From Acidobacteriota bacterium (lineage in GTDB: Bacteria; Acidobacteriota; Terriglobia; UBA7540), in assembly GCA_902812415.1 (NCBI GenBank), contig CADDZJ010000025.1, positions 7,931 to 39,930 of the forward strand: a stretch of 32,000 nt of DNA, in the 5' to 3' direction. The translations under genes and the position numbers were made by a program. The notes below the pieces were generated by a model. The model did no database searches. It was not told where the DNA came from and saw nothing but the letters and a program-made list of their open reading frames with translations. Every line of letters starts with the position of its first letter. Positions within the stretch are counted from its first letter, which is position 1. Of the stretch, positions 1-9,659 are shown piece after piece.

Positions 1-1905
1 AGCTACGAGTTTGTGAACAGCGAACGCCGCGTGCGCCAGCCGCTTCTGCGCCAGGATAACGGATTGCGCCCGACATCCAAGGCTGCGGTGTTGGATCGCC
101 TGAAGTCGATTCTTGCGTTTGGAAAGGTGTTGGGGATTGGATCGCCGCGGGCATCGCTGGAAGCCAATTTTGCGCTGCGGGCGCTTGTGGGAGCCGAGCG
201 CTTCTTTGCTGGAACAGCGCCGGCAGAGCAGCGCTTGACGTCACTGATGCTCCAGATCCTGCGGGAGGGTCCCGCTCGCACACCTTCATTGCATGAAATC
301 GAGCTTTCCGATGCGGTTCTGATTCTGGGCGAAGATGTAACCCAGACAGCCCCCAGAATGGCGCTGGCTTTGCGCCAATCAGTGCGGCAGCAAACCTTCC
401 AGATTGCGGAAAAGTTAAAGATTCCTCTCTGGCTCGATCATGCTGTGCGCGAGGCGGTGCAGGAAGAAAAAGGGCCGTTATTTATTGCCGCGCCGTACGT
501 TACGAGATTGGATGATGTTGCGCGGGAGACTTATCGCGCGGCTCCGCAGGAAATTGCTCGGCTGGGGTTTGCGGTGGCGCATGCGCTCGACGGGAGCGCG
601 CCGGAAGTCGCCGGCCTTTCTGAGGAATTACGAAATCTGGCTGGGCGGGTGGCCCAGGCATTAAGGGATGCCAAGCGACCGCTGGTGGTTTCCGGCCCCA
701 GCCTGAACAGCGAATCTGTTATTTACGCCGCAGCGAATGTGGCATCCGCCTTGTGCCGCGCAGGGAAACCGGCAGGTTTGAGCTTCACTACTCCTGAGTG
801 CAATAGTGTGGGGCTGAACCTGATGGGCGCTCGCCCGCTGGCGGAGGCGATGGAAGCCGCGCAGAAGGGCGAGGTGGAGGCCCTCGTTATTCTTGAGAAC
901 GATCTTTACCGCCGCGCGCCCAGGCAGCAAGTGGATGCCTTGCTGAAAGGCGCAAAGCATGTGATTGTGCTCGATTCTTTGCTGACGCCTACGGCAAGCC
1001 AGGCGGAGATCGTCCTTCCAGCAGGCACGTTTGCGGAATCCGATGGAACTTTGGTGAACAACGAAGGCCGGGCGCAGAGATTCTTCCAGGTCTTTGTGCC
1101 CCAGGGAGACATTCGAGAAAGCTGGCGTTGGTTGCGAGAAATGATGATTGCGGCTGGGCGGCGCGAGGCCGCGGCCCTGGAAACGCTCGACCACGTGGAT
1201 GAAGCGCTCGCGCAAGCTCTGCCGGCTCTTGCTGCGGTGACGAAGGCTGCACCTTCGGCTTCGTTCCGCGAGGCGGGAGCCAAGATTCCGCGCGCGCCGC
1301 ATCGCTACAGCGGGCGCACCGCGATGCATGCCAATATTAACGTGAGTGAGCCGAAGCCGCCGGATGATCCTGATTCTCCGCTATCGTTTTCGATGGAAGG
1401 ATATCCGGATCAGCCTCCGTCGCCTCTAATTCCGTTTTTCTGGTCTCCAGCCTGGAATTCGATCCAGGCGGTTAACAAGTTTCAGGAAGAAATTGCCGGG
1501 CCTTTGCGCGGCGGCGATCCGGGAGTGAGGCTGATCGAGCCAACGCCGGGAAGCGAAGCGAACGGGGCTTATCGCGGAGCGCCTCCTGAGGCTTTCTCGG
1601 TGCGCGAGGAAGAACGCTTCTTTGTGCCCCTTTATCACATTTTCGGTTCTGAAGAATTGAGCCAGCAGGCGCCCGCAGTCGCAGAGCTTATTCCCAAGCC
1701 TTACATTGCCATCGCTACGGAGGACGCCGCCCGGCTGCAATTGAAAGAGGGCGATGAAGCAGAAGTCCGACTGAATGGGTCAACTCAGCGGCTCGCCATC
1801 CGGCTGCGGGAGGAGATGCCGAAGGGGCTGGCAGGCTTGCCGGTGGGGTTGCCGGGAGTTGAGACTGTGGAACTCCCTGCCTGGGGTAAGATTACGCGGG
1901 TCTGA
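1..1905 (+). CDS. nuoG: NADH-quinone oxidoreductase subunit G, C-terminal ~634 residues (5' end lies outside the window)
   Basis: Frame 1 is open from base 1 with no upstream stop; the stop is at 1903-1905. The translation (e.g. LILGEDVTQTAPRMALALRQ, LYHIFGSEELSQQAPAVAELIPKPYIAI) looks like the molybdopterin-like C-terminal part of E. coli-type NuoG. It is followed by nuoH-N in canonical order. Confidence 0.9.
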   Translation, partial: SYEFVNSERRVRQPLLRQDNGLRPTSKAAVLDRLKSILAFGKVLGIGSPRASLEANFALRALVGAERFFAGTAPAEQRLTSLMLQILREGPARTPSLHEIELSDAVLILGEDVTQTAPRMALALRQSVRQQTFQIAEKLKIPLWLDHAVREAVQEEKGPLFIAAPYVTRLDDVARETYRAAPQEIARLGFAVAHALDGSAPEVAGLSEELRNLAGRVAQALRDAKRPLVVSGPSLNSESVIYAAANVASALCRAGKPAGLSFTTPECNSVGLNLMGARPLAEAMEAAQKGEVEALVILENDLYRRAPRQQVDALLKGAKHVIVLDSLLTPTASQAEIVLPAGTFAESDGTLVNNEGRAQRFFQVFVPQGDIRESWRWLREMMIAAGRREAAALETLDHVDEALAQALPALAAVTKAAPSASFREAGAKIPRAPHRYSGRTAMHANINVSEPKPPDDPDSPLSFSMEGYPDQPPSPLIPFFWSPAWNSIQAVNKFQEEIAGPLRGGDPGVRLIEPTPGSEANGAYRGAPPEAFSVREEERFFVPLYHIFGSEELSQQAPAVAELIPKPYIAIATEDAARLQLKEGDEAEVRLNGSTQRLAIRLREEMPKGLAGLPVGLPGVETVELPAWGKITRV

Positions 1906-2029
1906 CCGGTTTCATCAGAATTAGGATCAAAGCCCATAAGCTCGTCTTCCGAAAGGTAAAGGCCTTTTGCCAGAGGCGATTGGCCTTCGATGAGGGGCGA
2001 GAAACAAAACGAATATCGTCGCAAATTCG

Positions 2030-2983
2030 ATGCGGGAAACCATCATTCACATTGTGACCGTCCTTGTGGTGCTCTTTGTGGTGCTGAATATTGCCGCAGG
2101 GCTGATCTGGGTTGAGCGCCGGCTGCTGGCCTTATGGCAGGATCGATACGGGCCGAACCGTGTGGGGCCTTTTGGGTTGCTTCAGGTAGCAGCGGACACC
2201 ATCAAACTTTTTTTCAAGGAAGACTGGGTTCCTCCCTTTGCGGACAAATGGGTCTTTATCCTGGCGCCTGGCATCGTGATGCTGACCGTGCTGATGTCCT
2301 TCACGGTGCTGACATTTGCACCCGGCATCGCCATTGCCGACCTCAACATTGGTCTGCTTTTCGTTCTGGCCATGTCCTCGCTGGGCGTTTACAGTGTGGT
2401 GCTGGGCGGCTGGGCTTCGGACAATAAATACGCACTTCTCGGCGGGCTGCGCGCTGCCGCCCAGATGCTGAGTTACGAAGTTTTTATGGGGTTGTCGCTG
2501 ATGGGCGTGGTGCTGATGGCGGGCTCTTTCAGCATGTCGGCAATTGTCGAGGCGCAGAGGAAAATGTGGTTTGTCGTTCCGCAGTTTCTTGGCTTCGTTT
2601 TGTTTCTGATTGCCGGAGTTGCGGAGACGCGCCGCCTGCCGTTTGATATTCCGGAGGCGGAAAGCGAACTGGTCGCCGGGTTTCATTCCGAATATTCCGG
2701 AATGAAGTTTGGGATGTTCTTTGTCGGCGAGTATGTTGGAGTCGTTTTGATCTCGGCTCTGATTTCGATTCTGTTTTTCGGCGGATGGCTGGGCCCGGTC
2801 CTGCCACCCATCGTGTGGTTCCTGATCAAAATGTTCTTCTTTATCGGGTTTTTTATTCTGCTTCGGGCAGCGCTTCCTCGCCCGCGTTTTGACCAGTTGA
2901 TGGACTGGGGCTGGAAACTGATGCTGCCGCTGGCCTTGGCCAATTTGTTGGTGACCGGAGCCATCGTTCTGGCGGTGAGATAA
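2030..2983 (+). CDS. nuoH: NADH-quinone oxidoreductase subunit H
   Basis: 317-aa polytopic membrane protein. The N-terminus [40 protein letters not shown] is the conserved NuoH/ND1 signature region. Position in the operon fits. Confidence 0.95.
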   Translation: MRETIIHIVTVLVVLFVVLNIAAGLIWVERRLLALWQDRYGPNRVGPFGLLQVAADTIKLFFKEDWVPPFADKWVFILAPGIVMLTVLMSFTVLTFAPGIAIADLNIGLLFVLAMSSLGVYSVVLGGWASDNKYALLGGLRAAAQMLSYEVFMGLSLMGVVLMAGSFSMSAIVEAQRKMWFVVPQFLGFVLFLIAGVAETRRLPFDIPEAESELVAGFHSEYSGMKFGMFFVGEYVGVVLISALISILFFGGWLGPVLPPIVWFLIKMFFFIGFFILLRAALPRPRFDQLMDWGWKLMLPLALANLLVTGAIVLAVR

Positions 2984-3103
2984 CCGGTCGTGCGACGTTA
3001 GCCTGGCTGCCGCAGTGATTTTGTTGTTTTCGGATGTCTCAAAAGCCTGACACCCCGCAACGAACTTTGCGCGACGAGTCTGGATTGGGGAAAGAAGGAA
3101 TCG

Positions 3104-3619
3104 ATGCTGAGCGTCATCAGAACACTCTGGCACATCTTCCTGCACGCTTTTCATCCACGGGTGACCGTTCAATACCCGGATGAAAAGCCTTATCTCGCCC
3201 CGCGCTATCGGGGGAGGATTATCCTTTCCCGCGATCCGGATGGCGGCGAGCGGTGCGTGGCCTGTTATCTCTGCGCGGTGGCTTGCCCGGTGGATTGCAT
3301 TTCCTTGCAGGCTACGGAAGACGAGACGGGGCGCCGCTATCCTGAGTTTTTCCGGATCAACTTTTCGCGCTGTATTTTCTGCGGCTATTGCGAGGAGGCG
3401 TGCCCCACTTATGCCATCCAGCTTACGCCGGATTTCGAGATTTGCGAGTACAACCGGCAGAATCTGGTCTACGAGAAAGAGGATCTGTTAATCAGCGGCC
3501 CGGGCAAGTACCCGGACTACAGCTTCTGGCGCGTGGCCGGAGTCGAGATCGGCGGAAAGGGCAAGGGCGAGTCGGAAAGAGAAGACCCGCCCGCAGACCT
3601 GCGCAGCCTGATGCCGTAG
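3104..3619 (+). CDS. nuoI: NADH-quinone oxidoreductase subunit I (2x[4Fe-4S] ferredoxin-type)
   Basis: Two CxxCxxCxxxCP motifs ([12 protein letters not shown] and [12 protein letters not shown]), size 171 aa, located between nuoH and nuoJ. Confidence 0.95.
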   Translation: MLSVIRTLWHIFLHAFHPRVTVQYPDEKPYLAPRYRGRIILSRDPDGGERCVACYLCAVACPVDCISLQATEDETGRRYPEFFRINFSRCIFCGYCEEACPTYAIQLTPDFEICEYNRQNLVYEKEDLLISGPGKYPDYSFWRVAGVEIGGKGKGESEREDPPADLRSLMP

Positions 3620-3645
3620 CGGGTTGCTGAAAAATGGTTCTGAAA

Positions 3646-3730
3646 GGCGTCATTCCGAGCGAAGCAAGGAATCTCGCTCTGCAATCAAAGGCTGTGAGAA
3701 ATTCCTCGCCTCTGGCTCCTCGGAATGACA
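3646..3730. repeat. Imperfect palindromic repeat element (GTCATTCYGAG...GGAATC family), copy A, in the nuoI-nuoJ spacer
   Basis: The left arm GTCATTCCGAGCGAAGCAAGGAATCTC (3649-3675) is an imperfect inverted repeat of the right arm GAGAAATTCCTCGCCTCTGGCTCCTCGGAATGAC (3696-3729). The arms resemble those at 17961-18093 and 31804-31838. Confidence 0.7.
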
Positions 3731-3851
3731 GAGTGCCGGGATTCCGCGAGAACTTCCAGGGCTTGTGTTTGGAAGCGCATACTCCGTAACGCCACCTTGC
3801 GGGACGGTGCGCGGGGCGTAAACCCCGGCGCTACGATCAAGCAAAAATCTT

Positions 3852-4445
3852 ATGGCTATTTTGTTTTATGTCGCCGGAGCCGTGGCTATTTTTGCCACGC
3901 TGATGGTGTTGACGCGGCTCAACCCCGTGCACGGGCTGCTCTACCTGATCGTTTCTTTGCTGGCCGTGGCCATTGTTTTCTTCACTCTTGGCGCGCCGTT
4001 TATGGCCGCTTTGGAAGTGATCATTTACGCCGGCGCCATTATGGTGCTCTTTGTCTTTGTGGTGATGCTGCTAAACCTCGGCAAACGGCAAGTGGAGCAG
4101 GAGCGCGCGTGGCTGAAGCCCGGAATGTGGGTGGGGCCGGTCATTCTGGCGGCGATTTTGATTGTGGAAGTCATTTTTTTGGCCACCCGAACGGGCGGGG
4201 CGGCGATGGGCGCCGTGGAGATCGGGCCCAAGCAGGTGGGCATCTCGCTCTTCGGTCCTTACCTGATTGGCGTGGAGCTTGCGTCTTTCCTGCTGCTCGC
4301 GGCACTGGTGGGCGCTTATCACCTGGGCATGGGGAAGCCCCAAAAAGGGGAGAAAGAATATGGCAACCGTACCGATGAATCACGGACTGCTGCTGGCCGG
4401 GATCTTGTTCGCGCTGGGGCTGATCGGCCTGTTGGTGCGCCGTAA
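3852..4445 (+). CDS. nuoJ: NADH-quinone oxidoreductase subunit J
   Basis: The translation [39 protein letters not shown]...[21 protein letters not shown] closely parallels E. coli NuoJ. The hydrophilic C-terminal tail runs 86 nt into nuoK in another frame. Confidence 0.9.
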   Translation: MAILFYVAGAVAIFATLMVLTRLNPVHGLLYLIVSLLAVAIVFFTLGAPFMAALEVIIYAGAIMVLFVFVVMLLNLGKRQVEQERAWLKPGMWVGPVILAAILIVEVIFLATRTGGAAMGAVEIGPKQVGISLFGPYLIGVELASFLLLAALVGAYHLGMGKPQKGEKEYGNRTDESRTAAGRDLVRAGADRPVGAP

Positions 4446-4668
4446 TCTGGTCTTCATGCTGATGTCGATTGAGATCATGCTCAATGCGGCGGGGCTGGCT
4501 TTTGTGGTGGCGGGCTCGCGCTGGATGCAGGCGGACGGACAAGTGATGTTCATCTTCATTCTGGCCATGGCGGCGGCGGAAGTCTCTGTGGGCCTGGCCT
4601 TGCTCTTTCAGTTGTATCACCGTCATCAATCCGTGGATGCTGACGCGATCAGCGAGATGAGGGGTTAA
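4360..4668 (+). CDS. nuoK: NADH-quinone oxidoreductase subunit K
   Basis: ATG at 4360 is preceded by the purine-rich [64 protein letters not shown] matches the conserved NuoK N-terminus. The upstream part of the 133-aa ORF (4267-4359) is not NuoK-like. Confidence 0.9.
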   Translation: MATVPMNHGLLLAGILFALGLIGLLVRRNLVFMLMSIEIMLNAAGLAFVVAGSRWMQADGQVMFIFILAMAAAEVSVGLALLFQLYHRHQSVDADAISEMRG

Positions 4669-4669
4669 C

Positions 4670-6562
4670 GTGTTGCACTGGTTGTGGCTCATTCCGGCTC
4701 TCCCCTTCGCGGGCGCCTTCGTGCTCATCGTCTTTGGCCCGAAGATGGCCCACAAGGCTGTGGCCATCATTGGTCCGGGAACGATTGCCGTTTCCGCCGT
4801 TATCTCCATTCTGATCACCTACAGCTTTATCACTTCTCCTCCGCCAGACCATGTTTTCGTTCAGAATCTGTGGACATGGCTGGACGTGGGAGGCTTTCAC
4901 CCTCACATCGCTCTCTATCTGGACGCCCTCTCCCTGCTCATGACGCTGGTGGTCACCTTTGTGAGCTTTTTCATTCACTGGTACTCCACCGAGTTCATGC
5001 TGGGCGATGAAGGTTACAGCCGCTTCTTTGCCTACATGAACCTCTTTGTCGCCTCGATGGTCACTCTGCTGCTGGGCGATAATCTGCTGTTGCTGTTCCT
5101 CGGTTGGGAAGGCGTAGGGTTGTGCAGCTATCTCCTGATCGGTTTCTGGTATACCGATCCGGTCAACGGGCGCGCGGCCCGCAAGGCTTTCATCGTCACC
5201 CGCGTGGGCGACACGGCGATGACCCTGGGGCTTCTGCTTCTCTTCACTCACCTGGGCACGCTCAATATTCAGGAACTCATGCACCGCGCTCAGCAACAAT
5301 GGCCGGTGGGCTCGACGCTTGCGGTCTGGGCGGGCTTTTTGCTTTTGGGCGGCGCAGTGGGCAAGTCCGCGCAGCTTCCGCTTCAAACCTGGTTGCCGGA
5401 TGCCATGGCCGGCCCGACGCCGACCAGCGCCTTGATCCATGCCGCCACCATGGTGACCGCTGGAGTCTATTTGATTGCCCGCACGCACGCGCTTTACAGC
5501 ATCGCTCCGGCGGCGCAGTTGGCGGTGGCGGTGGTGGGCACAGCCACGCTGATTCTTGCGGGCTTTGCCGCGCTCACACAATGGGATATCAAGCGCGTGC
5601 TGGCTTATTCCACCGTCAGCCAGATCGGCTACATGTTCCTGGCCCTGGGCGTGGGAGCCTGGTCTGCCGCCATTTTCCACTTCATGACCCACGCCTTCTT
5701 CAAGGCGCTCCTCTTCCTTGGCGCGGGCATTGTGATTAACGCCTGCCACCACGAACATAATATTTTCAAAATGGGAGGCTTGTGGAAGGAATTGCCGGTC
5801 GCCTTCTGGACGTTCCTCATCGCAGGCTGTTCGCTGGCCGGATTGCCGTTAATTACGGCAGGTTTTTACAGCAAAGGGCTGATCATCTGGGAAACGCGAG
5901 CGGCTGAACACGGCAATCAGACGCTTTGGATTCTGGCGGTGATCGGCGTGCTGCTAACTTCGCTTTATACGTTCCGTCTGATCTTTGTGGCCTTCTTCGG
6001 CGAGGCAAAAACCCATGTGGAGCACAAGCCGGGTTACAGCTTGAAGGTTCCCTGCATTGTCCTGGCCGCGCTTTCCATCGTCGGCGGCTTCGTGGAAACC
6101 CCTCGCTTCCTCGGTGACATCCACGTCTTTACGGATTTTCTGCATAACGCTCTGCCTGCCGTGGTCGAAGGGCATGCGACTGGTATGAGCGAGTTAGGCT
6201 CGGAACTGTGGGTTACGCTGGCCTTCGTGATCGGTCTGGTGGTCAGCTACTACCTCTACATGGTGAAACCCAGCCTGGTGGAAGCTCTCACAGCCCCGGC
6301 TATTTCGAAGGCCCTGCATCGCTTCTGGTTTTCTGACTGGGGCATGGATTGGCTTTACGACCATCTCTTTGTTCGGCCGGTCGTATGGCTTGCGCGGATC
6401 GACCGCAACGATATTGTGGACAGTTTCTATGACGGCCTCGCGTTCATCAGCCAGGTCTTTTATCGCGGCCTGAGGACCACTGAAACCGGCCGGGTGCGCT
6501 GGTATGCCGCCGGCATTGTGCTCGGTTCGATCATCTTTGTGGCGATTGTCTTATTCGCATGA
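4670..6562 (+). CDS. nuoL: NADH-quinone oxidoreductase subunit L
   Basis: GTG start 1 nt after the nuoK stop. 630-aa antiporter-like subunit with motifs such as GWEGVGLCSYLLIGFWY, SAQLPLQTWLPDAMAGPTPTSALIHAATMVTAGVYL and a long C-terminal extension typical of NuoL. Confidence 0.95.
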   Translation: MLHWLWLIPALPFAGAFVLIVFGPKMAHKAVAIIGPGTIAVSAVISILITYSFITSPPPDHVFVQNLWTWLDVGGFHPHIALYLDALSLLMTLVVTFVSFFIHWYSTEFMLGDEGYSRFFAYMNLFVASMVTLLLGDNLLLLFLGWEGVGLCSYLLIGFWYTDPVNGRAARKAFIVTRVGDTAMTLGLLLLFTHLGTLNIQELMHRAQQQWPVGSTLAVWAGFLLLGGAVGKSAQLPLQTWLPDAMAGPTPTSALIHAATMVTAGVYLIARTHALYSIAPAAQLAVAVVGTATLILAGFAALTQWDIKRVLAYSTVSQIGYMFLALGVGAWSAAIFHFMTHAFFKALLFLGAGIVINACHHEHNIFKMGGLWKELPVAFWTFLIAGCSLAGLPLITAGFYSKGLIIWETRAAEHGNQTLWILAVIGVLLTSLYTFRLIFVAFFGEAKTHVEHKPGYSLKVPCIVLAALSIVGGFVETPRFLGDIHVFTDFLHNALPAVVEGHATGMSELGSELWVTLAFVIGLVVSYYLYMVKPSLVEALTAPAISKALHRFWFSDWGMDWLYDHLFVRPVVWLARIDRNDIVDSFYDGLAFISQVFYRGLRTTETGRVRWYAAGIVLGSIIFVAIVLFA

Positions 6563-8106
6563 TACTTCTGTGGCTCATTGTCATACCTCTGATTGCGGGC
6601 GTCCTCGCCTGGTTTGCGGGCCGGTGGAGCGCGCTGGCGGCGCGCTGGATCTCGCTGATTGCGGCATCGGTCGATTTTGTTCTGGGACTGATTCTGTGGA
6701 GCAGGTACGGCAGCGAATTACATCTGGCTCCGACTCATGGCTGGGTGGAGCAGGTGAGCTGGATCTGGGTCCCGCAGTTCGGGATTCGTTTTCACCTGGC
6801 TCTGGACGGGCTGAGCTTGCTCCTTTTGATGCTCACCTTCCTGCTGGGCATCATCTCGGTGCTGGCTTCCTGGCGGGAAATTCAGGATGGCGTCGGGTTT
6901 TTCCATCTGAACCTGATGTGGATTCTGGCCGGAATCGTCGGCGTCTTCCTGGCTGTAGACCTCTTCCTGTTTTACTTCGCCTGGGAACTGATGCTGGTTC
7001 CCATGTATTTCCTCATCGCCGTCTGGGGCCACGAAAACCGAATCTATGCGGCCATCAAGTTCTTCATCTTCACCCAGCTCAGCGGCCTGCTGATGCTGAT
7101 TGCCATTCTGTCGCTTTACTTCATTCATCACCACCTTACCGGCGTTTATACCTTCGAGTATGATGACCTGCTCGGCACGCATCTTTCGCCTCATACGGCG
7201 CTGCTCCTGATGCTGGGCTTTTTCGTGGCCTTCGCCGTCAAGCTGCCGATGTTCCCCTTCCACACCTGGCTGCCTGACGCGCATACGGAGGCGCCGACCG
7301 CGGGCAGCATCATTCTGGCGGGACTTCTGCTCAAGACGGGCGCTTACGGAATGCTGCGCTTTGTGCTGCCGCTTTTCCCGGATGCCGCCCGCCAGTTCGC
7401 CCCCATCGCTATGATTCTGGCGGTGATCGGCATCATTTATGGCGCGCTTCTGGCGTTTGGCCAGACCGACCTTAAGCGCCTGGTGGCCTATACCAGCGTC
7501 AGCCATCTGGGGTTTGTGTTGCTGGGGATTTTTGCCTGGAATACCTGGGCGCTGGATGGCGCGCTGATGGGGATGATCGCTCACGGCATCTCGACTGGAG
7601 CGCTCTTCATGATCGTGGGACAACTTCAGGAGCGCACTCATACGCGAGAGATGGATCGGCTGAGCGGGCTGTGGGCCACCATTCCCCGCATGAGCGGGGC
7701 GGCGCTGTTTTTTGCCATGGGCTCCATGGGCTTGCCGGGACTGGGCGACTTTATCGGGGAGTTCCTGGTTCTGCTGGGGACTTACGAAGCGCACCTGATC
7801 GGATTGACGATTGTCGCCGCGCTGGGCGTTCTGGCCTCAACCCTCTATGCCCTGCGCTTCATTCAGCGCGCTTTTCACGGAGCCAACTCCAATCAATGGT
7901 CCGTGCAGGATCTGGTTCCCCGCGAGGTCGTCGCGCTCATCCCCATGATTGTGGTTTTGATCTGGCTGGGTGTTTATCCGCAGCCCATTTTCAACACCTT
8001 CAACTCAACCCTGACGAAATTGCAGCAGTACACTGTGCGGCCTGTCCAGAACTCTCAAGGGCCCTCGATCATGAGTCTGCTGCCTTTGCGTGGAGATCGC
8101 CCGTGA
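6559..8106 (+). CDS. nuoM: NADH-quinone oxidoreductase subunit M
   Basis: The ATG overlaps the nuoL stop (ATGA). 515-aa antiporter-like subunit; FPFHTWLPDAHTEAPTAGSIILAGLLLKTGAYG is the NuoM/ND4 signature. Confidence 0.95.
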   Translation: MILLWLIVIPLIAGVLAWFAGRWSALAARWISLIAASVDFVLGLILWSRYGSELHLAPTHGWVEQVSWIWVPQFGIRFHLALDGLSLLLLMLTFLLGIISVLASWREIQDGVGFFHLNLMWILAGIVGVFLAVDLFLFYFAWELMLVPMYFLIAVWGHENRIYAAIKFFIFTQLSGLLMLIAILSLYFIHHHLTGVYTFEYDDLLGTHLSPHTALLLMLGFFVAFAVKLPMFPFHTWLPDAHTEAPTAGSIILAGLLLKTGAYGMLRFVLPLFPDAARQFAPIAMILAVIGIIYGALLAFGQTDLKRLVAYTSVSHLGFVLLGIFAWNTWALDGALMGMIAHGISTGALFMIVGQLQERTHTREMDRLSGLWATIPRMSGAALFFAMGSMGLPGLGDFIGEFLVLLGTYEAHLIGLTIVAALGVLASTLYALRFIQRAFHGANSNQWSVQDLVPREVVALIPMIVVLIWLGVYPQPIFNTFNSTLTKLQQYTVRPVQNSQGPSIMSLLPLRGDRP

Positions 8107-9575
8107 ACGTAACGGACTTATTCACCTTGCTGCCGCTTCTGATCCTGGGTGGCGCCGCGATTGTGGTGATGATTGTGGTAGCCATCCACCGCAGCCACAT
8201 CCTGACGCTGACGCTCACGCTGATCGGACTGGCGCTGGCGTTTGCTTCGCTCTGGTGGATTGCGCCGGAAGCGCCCCGGCAGGTGACATCGCTGCTGGTG
8301 ATCGACCGCTATGCAATCTTCTATACCGGCCTGGTGATCGCGGCCACGTTTGCCGTGGCGCTGCTTTGCTACGGCTATTTCGAACGCCATCCGGGGAATC
8401 CCGAAGAGCTTTATATTCTGCTTCTGCTCGCTGCGCTCGGGTCAGCCGTGCTGGTGGCCAGCAGTCACTTCATTTCCTTTTTCCTCGGGCTTGAGATTCT
8501 GAGCGTCTCTCTCTACGCAATGAATGCCTATATCCGCGCGTGGAGCTTGCCGCTGGAAGCGGGCATCAAGTATCTGATTCTGGCGGCGTCTTCTGCGGCC
8601 TTTCTGCTGTTTGGCATGGCGCTGGTTTACGCCGAACTGGGCACGATGGACTTTGCAAAAATCCGCGAGTTGGTGACCGCTTCGCCTGATCTGAACCGCG
8701 CGGTCCTTCTGGCGGGCACGGCGCTCATCATCACCGGTTTCGGCTTCAAACTGGCCCTGGTGCCTTTCCACCTGTGGACGCCCGATATTTACGAAGGCGC
8801 TCCGGCTCCGGTTACGGCCTTTGTGGCGACAGTTTCCAAAGGCGCCATGTTTGCGCTGCTGTTGCGCTATTTCTACTGGTCGGGAACGCACCACTTTGGC
8901 GCCGTCTTTCTGGTCTTCACGATTATCGCCATCGCCTCGATGATCGCCGGCAATATCCTGGCCATGCTGCAAACCAACGTCAAACGCATCCTGGCCTATT
9001 CCTCCATCGCCCATATGGGTTACGTGCTGGTGGCGTTTCAGGCCGGTGGGCAACTGGCCGTTCAGGCGGTCACGTTCTATCTGGTGGCCTATTTCATCAC
9101 CATCATCGGCGCTTTCGGGGTCATCACCATGATCTCCGATGGCGACCGGGATGCGGATAGCATTGAGGACTATCGGGGTCTGTTCTGGCGTCGTCCGGCA
9201 CTGGCGGCGGTTTTCACCGCCATGCTGCTTTCGCTCGCCGGCATTCCCGTGACGGCGGGTTTTGTGGGGAAGTTCTACGTCATTTCGGCGGGCGCATCTT
9301 CCGCCATCTGGCTGCTGGTTTTTGTTCTGATTGTGACCAGCGTCTTTGGACTTTACTACTACCTCCGCATTCTGGTCGCTCTCTATTCCGGCCTCGCCCA
9401 TGAAGAAGCTCATGCGGCGAGCGGTGCGGCCATGGTTTCATCCTCTTCGCTAGCTCCCGCGCTTTCAATCAGCGGCGGCGTTGTGCTGGCCGTGCTCACG
9501 ATCCTGCTGGTCTGGGTGGGTGTCTATCCTGCCACTCTCCTTAACATCATCCATTCCACCGTCGGCCTGCTGTAG
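8103..9575 (+). CDS. nuoN: NADH-quinone oxidoreductase subunit N
   Basis: The GTG at 8103 overlaps the nuoM stop (GTGA). From here the translation VNVTDLFTLLPLLILGGAAIVVM... is a hydrophobic NuoN-like N-terminus, and LVPFHLWTPDIYEGAPAPVTAF is the NuoN/ND2 signature. The 144 codons upstream in the same ORF overlap nuoM and are not membrane-protein-like. Confidence 0.9.
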   Translation: MNVTDLFTLLPLLILGGAAIVVMIVVAIHRSHILTLTLTLIGLALAFASLWWIAPEAPRQVTSLLVIDRYAIFYTGLVIAATFAVALLCYGYFERHPGNPEELYILLLLAALGSAVLVASSHFISFFLGLEILSVSLYAMNAYIRAWSLPLEAGIKYLILAASSAAFLLFGMALVYAELGTMDFAKIRELVTASPDLNRAVLLAGTALIITGFGFKLALVPFHLWTPDIYEGAPAPVTAFVATVSKGAMFALLLRYFYWSGTHHFGAVFLVFTIIAIASMIAGNILAMLQTNVKRILAYSSIAHMGYVLVAFQAGGQLAVQAVTFYLVAYFITIIGAFGVITMISDGDRDADSIEDYRGLFWRRPALAAVFTAMLLSLAGIPVTAGFVGKFYVISAGASSAIWLLVFVLIVTSVFGLYYYLRILVALYSGLAHEEAHAASGAAMVSSSSLAPALSISGGVVLAVLTILLVWVGVYPATLLNIIHSTVGLL

Positions 9576-9604
9576 CTTGAAGCAGCGCAAAGAGCCCCTT
9601 GTAG

Positions 9605-9659
9605 CGGCGGTGTCCCTGCGCTCCGCTCACGGCAGGCTCTCACCGCCGACCTTTATTTT
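9605..9659 (+). terminator. Candidate intrinsic terminator of the nuo operon
   Basis: An 8-bp GC-rich stem CGGCGGTG (9605-9612) / CACCGCCG (9641-9648) encloses an inner 5-bp stem CCTGC (9615-9619) / GCAGG (9632-9636). It is followed by ACCTTTATTTTC. It overlaps the 3' end of the convergent TPR gene. The large loop makes it atypical. Confidence 0.4.

Noticed and set aside
3621-3647. The motif GGTTGCTGAAA, also present at 10990-11000, considered as a sigma54 -12 element (TTGC) or as a further repeat family.
   Set aside because: No GG dinucleotide occurs 10 nt upstream of the GC in either copy, so it does not fit TGGCAC-N5-TTGC. An 11-nt match occurring twice in 64 kb of two-strand sequence is within chance expectation. 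It may be part of the flank of the repeat element, but I cannot show that from this window.
7671-8102. 144-codon N-terminal extension of the nuoN ORF.
   Set aside because: It overlaps the 3' part of nuoM in another frame and is Arg/Gly-rich and non-hydrophobic. The NuoN-like hydrophobic sequence begins exactly at GTG 8103, which forms a GTGA start/stop overlap with nuoM.
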